Source: Dehalococcoidia bacterium (GTDB taxonomy: Bacteria; Chloroflexota; Dehalococcoidia; DSTF01; JALHUB01). Taken from it: a DNA stretch of 31,452 nucleotides. Numbering within the stretch: position 1 is the first letter of the stretch; the number at the start of each line of letters is the position of its first letter. The stretch lies in contig DATLAX010000002.1 in the NCBI GenBank assembly GCA_035527215.1, positions 1 to 31,452 of the forward strand, written 5' to 3'. The notes beneath the pieces are model-generated. The model did not search any database. It was given only the letters and a program-made list of their open reading frames with translations, and was not told where the DNA came from. Below are positions 17,372-24,775 of this stretch, one piece after another. Made by a program: the position numbers and the translations under genes.

Positions 17372-18814
17372 ATGGCAATCCGCACACCGGACGAATACAG
17401 ACAGAGTCTCAGGGACGGCCGCAGCGTCTACATGTTCGGCGAGAAGGTGGAGGACGTAACGACTCACCCCATACTCAAGATCGGCACGGAGACGGCCGCG
17501 GGCGACTTCGTCCTCACGGAATCGAAGGACCCTGCGGTACGCGACCTCTTTGTCGCGGCGCACCCGGAGACCGGCGAGCCGATAAGCCGCTACTTCACCA
17601 CGCCGAAGACGCCGCAGGACATCGACATGCGCATGCAAATGATACAGCAGTCGATCCGGCTCACCGGCGGTCTCCCCTTCGGCAAGGACATCGGCACCGA
17701 CTGTTTGAACGCCATGATGGCCACCGCCGAGCAGATGGGGAAGCCGGAGTACAAGGAGCGCGCCCGCGCCTACCTGGAGCACCTGCGCGCCAACGACCTC
17801 ATGCTCTGCGGCGCTGTCACCGACGTCAAGGGCGATAGGAGCAAAGTGCCCTCCGCCCAGATCCACCCGGACTACTACGTCCACGTCGTCGACGAGACGA
17901 AGGAAGGTATCATCGTTAAGGGCGCCAAGATCCACATCACCGGCGCTCCGGCGGCCAACGAGCTCCTCGTCGTGCCGACGCGCCAGATGCGCGAGAACGA
18001 GGCCGACTACGCCGTCTCCTTCGCCATCCCCGTTGCGACCAAGGGCGTCCACCTCGTCTGCCGCCCGGGGCACGGCGAGCGCTCACCGGCCGAGTTCCCG
18101 TCCAACCGGCCAAACCGCGGTCTCGTCGAGGCGATGATCATCTTCGACAACGTGCTCGTCCCCTGGGACCGCGTCTTCCTCTGCCGCGAATGGCAATACT
18201 CCATGCTCCTCGCCTATACCTTCGCTACCTACCACCGCTTCACCGCGGTCTCCTACAAGATACCCATCGTGGAGATCATGGCCGGCATCGCGCTGGCGAT
18301 GGCGGAGGTCAACGGGATCGAAAGAATCGGCCACATCCGCGGCAAGCTGTCGGAGGTCATAGCCTACGTCGAGACTCTCAAGGCGCTGGGCACCGCTGCC
18401 ATCAAGTCGCCCGTCTACTACGGCGAGATCTGCGTGCCGAGCCCGCTGATCACCAACATGGCGAAGCTGCACTTCGCGAAGAACTACCACGAGATCATCA
18501 AGACGATCCAGGACATCGCCGGCGGCATCATCACCACCATGCCGACCTACCTCGACTGGCAGAACCCGGACATTCACGATTACCTCGACCACTACCTGGG
18601 CGGCTCGGCGAAGTACACGAGCGAGGAGCGAATGCGCGTCATCCAAATGACGCGCAACATGGTAGCATCCGCCGATAGCGCCTCCATGGAGGTGACCACC
18701 GTCCACGCCGAAGGCTCCATGGAAGCGCAACGCATGATGATCCTTATCGAATCGCCGCTGAAGCAGTACCGCGACCTGGCGCTGATGGCGTCGGGCGTTC
18801 AGCCAAAGGACTGA
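17372..18814 (+). CDS. 4-hydroxybutyryl-CoA dehydratase (AbfD) / 4-hydroxyphenylacetate 3-hydroxylase (HpaB) family flavoprotein lacking the AbfD Fe-S cysteines
   Basis: VYMFGEKVED, GAVTDVKGDRS, KGAKIHITG, DYAVSFA, FDNVLVPWDRVFLC, YHR, QDIAGG, EERMRV, HAEGS..AQR; ATG at 17372 after AAGGAG. Confidence 0.9.
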   Translation: MAIRTPDEYRQSLRDGRSVYMFGEKVEDVTTHPILKIGTETAAGDFVLTESKDPAVRDLFVAAHPETGEPISRYFTTPKTPQDIDMRMQMIQQSIRLTGGLPFGKDIGTDCLNAMMATAEQMGKPEYKERARAYLEHLRANDLMLCGAVTDVKGDRSKVPSAQIHPDYYVHVVDETKEGIIVKGAKIHITGAPAANELLVVPTRQMRENEADYAVSFAIPVATKGVHLVCRPGHGERSPAEFPSNRPNRGLVEAMIIFDNVLVPWDRVFLCREWQYSMLLAYTFATYHRFTAVSYKIPIVEIMAGIALAMAEVNGIERIGHIRGKLSEVIAYVETLKALGTAAIKSPVYYGEICVPSPLITNMAKLHFAKNYHEIIKTIQDIAGGIITTMPTYLDWQNPDIHDYLDHYLGGSAKYTSEERMRVIQMTRNMVASADSASMEVTTVHAEGSMEAQRMMILIESPLKQYRDLALMASGVQPKD

Positions 18815-18833
18815 AGCGGGGTCAAAAAACAGC

Positions 18834-18857
18834 GTAGCCGAGACTTTCCAGTCTCGG
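18834..18857 (+). repeat. Single GTAG-type REP palindrome (third sequence class)
   Basis: GTAG-CCGAGACT-TTCC-AGTCTCGG: perfect 8-bp stem directly after GTAG, intergenic. Confidence 0.7.
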
Positions 18858-18901
18858 CGGCACCCGACCCGCTCTGGGTACCTGATCGAGGGAGGAGTGC
18901 G

Positions 18902-20341
18902 ATGGCGTCGCCAAACAAGAAGAGCAGGCTATTCGGCGAGAAGATGTCGCGGCGGAGACTGTTGGAGACGGGCGCGGTCGCGGCCATAGGTGTCGCCGGT
19001 GCCGGCCTCGCCGCAGCGTGTACGGAAGAAGACGGGGACAAAAGCATCACTCCTGCCGCCAGCGTGCCCGCCGCCGCCGCGACCGCCTTCCGCAGCCCGA
19101 CCGGGTCGCCGACGCCGGGCTCGAGCTCCATCATCAGCCTCGGCGGCAATCCGGAGGGCATTGCGGAGGTAGCCCCCGGCACCATCTTCTTCCCCTACTT
19201 CGGCAACGTCATCGCCCTCCAGACGGATGACGGCATCGTCATCGTCGACACGTCTCTCCAGGGAAACGGCCCGCCCATCGTCGAGGAGCTGCGAAAACGG
19301 ACTGATCTGCCCGTCAAGACGATCATTTACACTCATGGCCACGTCGATCACGTCGGCGGCACGGATGCCTTCCTCAAGGACGCCGACGAACGCGGCCACG
19401 AACGCCCCACCGTTATCGGCCACGAGGGCGTCATCCCGCGGTTCCAGCGCTATGAGCGCATGGCTGGCTGGATTCGCTTTCTAAATGCCCAGCAATGGGG
19501 CGTCGCTCCGCCGGACCCGTCCCGTCCCGCCCCCGTCCCGGTCTTCGTCTACCCTGACACTACCTACCACGACCGCACCTCAGTCGAAGTCGGGGGTGAG
19601 ACTTTCGAGCTGATCTACGGCATGGGCGAGACCGACGACCACACCTGGGTCTGGGCGCCGGAACGGAAGATCGCGGTTGCCGGGGACTTCTTCACCTGGG
19701 CCTGCCCGAACGTCGGCAATCCCTGGAAGGTCCAGCGCTATACCCGGGGTTGGGCGGAGGGCCTGGAAGCCATCGCCGACAAACGACCCTCTATCCTGCT
19801 GCCCGGCCACGGCCCGCCCATCGAAGGCGAGGACAACGTGCAGACTGCCTGCTTCGACGTCGCCGCCTATCTGCGTTCCATCGATGATCAGGTCGTCGAG
19901 CGCATGAACAAGGGACAGTGGCTGGAGCAGATACTGCGCGAGGTAGAGCCCCCCGCCGATCTCGCCGCCAAGCCCTATCTCCAGCCCATATACGGCCACC
20001 CGAAGTTCATCGTGCAGGCCGTCTGGCGGCAATACGGCGGCTGGTATGACGGCAACCCCGCCGACTTCTTCGCTGCCGCAACGGCTGACCAGGCCACCGA
20101 GATCGTCAAGCTCGTGGGCGTGAGTGCGCTTCTCTCCCGTGCCCGCGACCTCCACACAACCGGCGATCTGCCGCTGGCCTGCCATCTGGTCGACTGGGTA
20201 TGCAAGGTCGAGCCCGAGAACGCCGAGGCGCGGGCTCTGCAACGTGACCTCTTCCAGGCGCGCAGCGAGGTCGAAGCGAACATGATGGCGCGCAACGTGT
20301 TCAAGGGAGCCGCCGCGGAGGCGGAGAAGCACCTGACCTGA
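18902..20341 (+). CDS. Tat-exported lipoprotein, metallo-beta-lactamase-fold alkyl/aryl-sulfatase family (SdsA/BDS1-like, with dimerisation domain)
   Basis: SRRRLL Tat motif and LAAAC lipobox; THGHVDH (HxHxDH); GETDDHTWVW, GDFF...PNVGNP, LLPGHG, PIYGHP, YGGWYDGNPA. Confidence 0.88.
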   Translation: MASPNKKSRLFGEKMSRRRLLETGAVAAIGVAGAGLAAACTEEDGDKSITPAASVPAAAATAFRSPTGSPTPGSSSIISLGGNPEGIAEVAPGTIFFPYFGNVIALQTDDGIVIVDTSLQGNGPPIVEELRKRTDLPVKTIIYTHGHVDHVGGTDAFLKDADERGHERPTVIGHEGVIPRFQRYERMAGWIRFLNAQQWGVAPPDPSRPAPVPVFVYPDTTYHDRTSVEVGGETFELIYGMGETDDHTWVWAPERKIAVAGDFFTWACPNVGNPWKVQRYTRGWAEGLEAIADKRPSILLPGHGPPIEGEDNVQTACFDVAAYLRSIDDQVVERMNKGQWLEQILREVEPPADLAAKPYLQPIYGHPKFIVQAVWRQYGGWYDGNPADFFAAATADQATEIVKLVGVSALLSRARDLHTTGDLPLACHLVDWVCKVEPENAEARALQRDLFQARSEVEANMMARNVFKGAAAEAEKHLT

Positions 20342-20361
20342 GTCGACGGGAGCCCGGAACT

Positions 20362-21501
20362 ATGGAGCGCGCCGAGCGCGAAGCAGGTGTCCTCGGAAGG
20401 CCGCTATCGCGGCGGCGTCTCCTTCAGGCCGCTGCAGCATCCGCCATGATGGCCGCAGGCCTCGCCCCGACGGCATGCGACGACGAGGGCCGAGAAAGGG
20501 AGTCCAACATGGCTGAGGCGCCAACGGTCGAAAAGACAGCGGCCGGCGGGTCGGTGGTTGAGACGATGACCGGCCCTGTCGCCACCTCCGACCTCGGTTT
20601 CACGCTCATGCACGAGCACATCATTGTCCAGGCAGAAGGCGTCGTCCGCAACTTCCCCAGCGTCTGGGATGAGCAGGCGGAACTGGACAAGGCCGTCGAG
20701 ACGCTCACGACCCTCAAGGCAAGGGGCGTCGACACCATCGTCGATCCAACGGTACTCGGCATCGGCCGCGATGTCCCTCGCCTGCTGCCGGTCGTCGAGA
20801 AGGCGGGGATTCAGGTGGTGGTTGCCACCGGCCTCTACACTTTCAACGAGCTGCCGTCCTACTTCCTGAGCCGGGAGATTGACGAGATGGCCGGTCTCTT
20901 CGTCGCCGACATCACCGACGGCATCCAGGGGACGAACGTGAAAGCCGCGATCCTGAAGTGCGCCACCGACGCGCCCGGCGTCACCCCGGGCGTGGAGAAG
21001 GTGTTGCGGGCGGTCGCGCGCGCCCACCTGCGCACGGGCGCTCCCATCACGACCCACACGCATGCCGCCACGCAACGCGGTTTGGATCAGCAGCGGGTCT
21101 TCGCCGAGGAGGGCGTCGACCTGACTCGCGTCATCATCGGCCACAGCGGCGACAGCGAAGACCTCGACTACCTCACGAAGCTGCTCGACGCCGGCTCCTA
21201 CATCGGCATGGACCGCTTCGGCCTCGACATCTTCCTGCCTGAGGAGAAGCGCATCGCCACCGTCGCCGCGCTCTGCCGGATGGGCCACACGGAGCGCATG
21301 GTCCTCTCCCACGACGCCATGGTCTACTTCGACATGTACAAGCCGGAGGTGGTCAAGGGATTTGCGCCCAATTGGAGCCACTACCGCATCGTCGATCACA
21401 TCATCCCGGCGCTGCTGGAGGCCGGCGTCAGTCAGGCGCAAATCGATGCGATGACGCGAAAGAACCCGCGTCGCATCTTCGAGAACGTGAGAACTTACTA
21501 G
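20362..21501 (+). CDS. Tat-signal lipoprotein, phosphotriesterase family (PTE/PHP/PLL amidohydrolase)
   Basis: SRRRLL and APTAC; GFTLMHEH, ILKCATD (carboxylated Lys), TTHTH, IGHSGD, GMDRFG, LSHDA; second SD-preceded ATG at 20509. Confidence 0.92.
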   Translation: MERAEREAGVLGRPLSRRRLLQAAAASAMMAAGLAPTACDDEGRERESNMAEAPTVEKTAAGGSVVETMTGPVATSDLGFTLMHEHIIVQAEGVVRNFPSVWDEQAELDKAVETLTTLKARGVDTIVDPTVLGIGRDVPRLLPVVEKAGIQVVVATGLYTFNELPSYFLSREIDEMAGLFVADITDGIQGTNVKAAILKCATDAPGVTPGVEKVLRAVARAHLRTGAPITTHTHAATQRGLDQQRVFAEEGVDLTRVIIGHSGDSEDLDYLTKLLDAGSYIGMDRFGLDIFLPEEKRIATVAALCRMGHTERMVLSHDAMVYFDMYKPEVVKGFAPNWSHYRIVDHIIPALLEAGVSQAQIDAMTRKNPRRIFENVRTY

Positions 21502-21590
21502 AATCCCTCGTGGGACGGCGCTGTCTCTTTCGTCCGTGCCCGTGCTAGACTTGGTGTCGGCAATGCCGTGTCCAAGCGAGGAGCAGCAAG

Positions 21591-21860
21591 ATGACCGAAG
21601 AAACAACGGAGCGGAAGTACGAGTACTACGAAAATGAACTCGTGGGCGTGCTCGAGGAGGCCCTCCGGCGGGAGCATGAGGCGCGCGCCTTCTACCTGGC
21701 CTCCGCTGAACAGCGACCCTGGAAGCCGGAGAGCAAAGAGATGCTCGGCTGGCTCGCCGGAGAAGAGGCCAAGCACGCCGAGCTAATTACCGCGCATCTC
21801 GACGACTTGAAGAAGCGGTTAGCCTGGATTCAATACAAGCCCGGCCCCAAGGAGCACTAG
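21591..21860 (+). CDS. Small ferritin-like (half-rubrerythrin) protein, 89 aa
   Basis: EEALRREHEARAFY and LAGEEAKH form one E...ExxH half of a diiron site; SD GAGGAG; upstream TG-C-TAGACT (21543-21551) is a possible extended -10. Confidence 0.78.
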   Translation: MTEETTERKYEYYENELVGVLEEALRREHEARAFYLASAEQRPWKPESKEMLGWLAGEEAKHAELITAHLDDLKKRLAWIQYKPGPKEH

Positions 21861-21905
21861 ACGACGCCAGCCGTCCCGAACCTGCAAAGTAGGGGGAGAC
21901 CTGCA

Positions 21906-22976
21906 ATGACCACATCCGACGCCTTCGAATCGCTGACTGGCAAGCTTGGCTTCCCCGGATCCTCCCTGCTGCGTTCCGTCCTCGAAGCGATGATGACAGA
22001 GGATGAAGCCAAGCTCGTCGATGCTCTGCCCGGCTCCATTAGCGAGGTTGCCGAAAAGACCGGCGTGCCGGAACAGGAGGTGCGAAAGAGCCTGGATGCG
22101 CTGTTCTACAAAGGCGTCATCTTTCCCAAGGGCGATTTCGCTCACCGCGACTACTACCGTTTCGCCAGGCACATAATGCAGCTGCATGACGCCGCTCAGG
22201 CCAGCAGCAGCCTGGACGTTGTGAGAGACCGTGACTTCTTTCAGAAGTGGCACGACTTCTGCAAGGAAGAGATGTACCCGCGCTTCGGCGCAATGTTCAA
22301 AGGCGCCACCGCCCGCATCAGCCGCGTCATTCCCGCCTACAAAGCGATCGAAGGGTTGCCGGACATACTGCCCTGCGAGAACTACCACGAGATCCTCAAG
22401 GCGCAGGACGTGATCGCCGTCGTGCCCTGCTCTTGCCGCATTCGCACGACCGCCGTCGGCGAGCAGTGCGCCCATGCCGCCGAGGCGGAGACCTGGCACT
22501 GTCTCCAGTTCGGGCGCGGCGCCGAATACGTCATCGACCGCGGTTCCGGCAGGCGGCTGACCGTCGACCAGGCTATCGCGCTCTGCGATGAGATCGAGGA
22601 GGACGGCCTCATCCACCGCTGGGCGAACAACGCCAACATGACCGGCATCAACACCAGCTGCAACTGCTGTCGCGACTGCTGCGAGGAGTACGTGTCGCTG
22701 GACATGGCCGGTATACCGGTGGCGGATTGGTGGGAGAAGAGCCGCTACGAGGCTTTCGTCGATGACCTCGAGTCCTGCAGCGGTTGCCAGGACTGCATCG
22801 AGCGCTGTCAGTTCGACGCCATCAGTATGTATCGAAACAAGGACGACGATCTCAAGGCTGCGGTCGACGCTGGGAAGTGCTTCGGTTGCGGCACCTGCAT
22901 CGTCGGCTGCCCATACGGCTCGCTGAAGATGCGCACTGCGAGGTCGCCGGAATCGATACCGGGCGCCGTTGCCTGA
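21906..22976 (+). CDS. 4Fe-4S dicluster protein with N-terminal HTH-like region and central Cys-rich domain
   Basis: C-terminal CSGCQDCIERCQF and CFGCGTCIVGCP; central PCSCR, HCLQFG, SCNCCRDCC; N-terminal ISEVAEKTGVPEQEVRKSLDALFYKG. Confidence 0.88.
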   Translation: MTTSDAFESLTGKLGFPGSSLLRSVLEAMMTEDEAKLVDALPGSISEVAEKTGVPEQEVRKSLDALFYKGVIFPKGDFAHRDYYRFARHIMQLHDAAQASSSLDVVRDRDFFQKWHDFCKEEMYPRFGAMFKGATARISRVIPAYKAIEGLPDILPCENYHEILKAQDVIAVVPCSCRIRTTAVGEQCAHAAEAETWHCLQFGRGAEYVIDRGSGRRLTVDQAIALCDEIEEDGLIHRWANNANMTGINTSCNCCRDCCEEYVSLDMAGIPVADWWEKSRYEAFVDDLESCSGCQDCIERCQFDAISMYRNKDDDLKAAVDAGKCFGCGTCIVGCPYGSLKMRTARSPESIPGAVA

Positions 22977-23020
22977 AGTCCGGATCGGTCCTAGCGCCGG
23001 CAGAAGCTAAGGAGGAGAAC

Positions 23021-23566
23021 ATGGCCCGCGTGAGTTATGCAACAACCTCCCAGGCGACAGGGGACGCCCACGACGTCCTCGCTCAGATGGACCAGCGTGG
23101 CCGCGAAGTCCTCAACCTTCATCGCGCCATCGCCAGGAGTCCAAACCCTCTGCGCAACTTCCTCCGCCTGGGGAACTCGCTCCTCCTCTACGGCCAGCTT
23201 GCGCCCAATCTGCGCGAACTCGCTATCCTTCGCATTGCCCAGATTACAGGCGCTGACTATGAATGGGCGCATCACGCACCCATAGCCAAGCAGGCGGGTG
23301 TAAGCGACGCGCAGGTGCAGGCGCTTGCCGACTGGCGCACTGCCCCCGAGTTCAATGCGACCGATCGCGCTGTCCTCGCCTACGTGGAGGCGGCGACTGC
23401 CTGCAATGTTCCAGATGACGTGTTCGAATCAGTGCGCAGCCATCTCAGTGAGGAAGAGGTCGTCGAGCTGACACTCGTGTGTGGCTACTGGGGCATGGTT
23501 GCCTGTGTCCTCACGTCCCTGAAAATCGACGTGGAGCCCTCTTCTCAGAAGTACCTCCCTGCTTGA
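23021..23566 (+). CDS. Carboxymuconolactone decarboxylase / AhpD-like family protein
   Basis: LNLHRAIARSP, LRELAILRIA, YEWAHH, ELTLVCGYW; no CxxC; SD AAGGAGG. Confidence 0.88.
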   Translation: MARVSYATTSQATGDAHDVLAQMDQRGREVLNLHRAIARSPNPLRNFLRLGNSLLLYGQLAPNLRELAILRIAQITGADYEWAHHAPIAKQAGVSDAQVQALADWRTAPEFNATDRAVLAYVEAATACNVPDDVFESVRSHLSEEEVVELTLVCGYWGMVACVLTSLKIDVEPSSQKYLPA

Positions 23567-23764
23567 TTCGGACGGCCGTAGAGCGCCGTTCTCGCCTCGC
23601 CATTTCTGTTTGCTGATTCTTAGGTCAGATCCAGTTCAGCGCCGCGCATGACACGCGGACAACATTCACAAAACGAGCCTTCGCGACGGTCTTCGTGCGC
23701 CCGCATCCGGTACAATACCAATCGGCCGCCGCGACAAGGCGAGTCGATAGCTCAGGAGGGAAGG

Positions 23765-24760
23765 ATGCAGACGCGCCGATTGGGGAATCAGGGCCTTATC
23801 GTTTCCGCTCAGGGACTGGGCTGCATGGGGATGTCCGAGTTCTACGGGCCGACGGACGACGCCGAGTCGCTCGCGACAATCCACCGCGCCCTCGAGCTCG
23901 GCGTCAACTTCATCGATACAGCGGACATGTACGGGCCCTACACGAACGAGGAGCTCGTCGGCCGCGCCATAGCCGGTCGCCGCCGGGAGGTCGTCCTGGC
24001 GACGAAGTTTGGCATCGTGCGCACCGACGACCTGTCCTACCGCGGCCTGCGCGGCGATCCCGCCTACGTGCGTGAAGCCTGCGAAGGCTCCCTCCGACGC
24101 CTCGGCACCGACTACATCGATCTCTACTACCTGCACCGCGCCGATCCTACGGTGCCGATCGAAGACACCGTAGGCGCCATGGCCGAGCTTGTGGCCGCCG
24201 GCAAAGTGCGTTTTCTTGGCCTGTCGGAGGTGGCGCCGGAAACGCTGCGTCGCGCCCAGGCGACGGCGCCGATCAGCGCCCTCCAGAACGAGTGGTCGCT
24301 CTGGAGCCGCGATCTCGAAGACGGGGTGGTTCCGACGGCGCGCGAGTTGGGCATCGGCATCGTGCCCTACAGCCCGCTCGGTCGGGGCTTCCTCACCGGC
24401 GAGATCACGCGCATCGAAGACCTCGCGTCCGACGACTTCCGTCGCAATTCGCCGCGTCTTCAGGGCGATAACTTCCAGCGCAACCTGGAACTCGTGACGC
24501 GCGTGAGGGAGCTTGCCGCCGACAAGGGTGTGACGCCGGCCCAACTGGCGCTCGCCTGGGTCCACGCCCGAGGCGACGACGTGGTGCCGATTCCCGGCAC
24601 GAAGCATCGCCGCTATCTGGAGGAGAACGTGGCCGCGCTCGACATAAGGCTGGACGAGTCAGACCTGCGGCACATCGAAGAGGTAGCGCCGAAGGGCGCC
24701 TTCTCCGGCGACCGTTACCCCAACATGGCGTACGTCCGGGGGATCACGCCGCCGCGATAA
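23765..24760 (+). CDS. Aldo/keto reductase
   Basis: [60 protein letters not shown]; ATG at 23765 after GGAGGG. Confidence 0.96.
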   Translation: MQTRRLGNQGLIVSAQGLGCMGMSEFYGPTDDAESLATIHRALELGVNFIDTADMYGPYTNEELVGRAIAGRRREVVLATKFGIVRTDDLSYRGLRGDPAYVREACEGSLRRLGTDYIDLYYLHRADPTVPIEDTVGAMAELVAAGKVRFLGLSEVAPETLRRAQATAPISALQNEWSLWSRDLEDGVVPTARELGIGIVPYSPLGRGFLTGEITRIEDLASDDFRRNSPRLQGDNFQRNLELVTRVRELAADKGVTPAQLALAWVHARGDDVVPIPGTKHRRYLEENVAALDIRLDESDLRHIEEVAPKGAFSGDRYPNMAYVRGITPPR

Positions 24761-24775
24761 GTCGCTGCCGCCGCC

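Noticed and set aside
18902-20341. Metallo-beta-lactamase (and the 14482-16026 protein) as antibiotic-resistance genes
   Set aside because: The MBL has the alkylsulfatase-type extensions and dimerisation domain, and the serine-fold protein lacks the catalytic Ser and Lys; neither supports a resistance call.
21885-21905. GTAGGGGGAGACC resembling a REP head
   Set aside because: No complementary second arm follows; it is adequately explained as the SD of the Fe-S gene.
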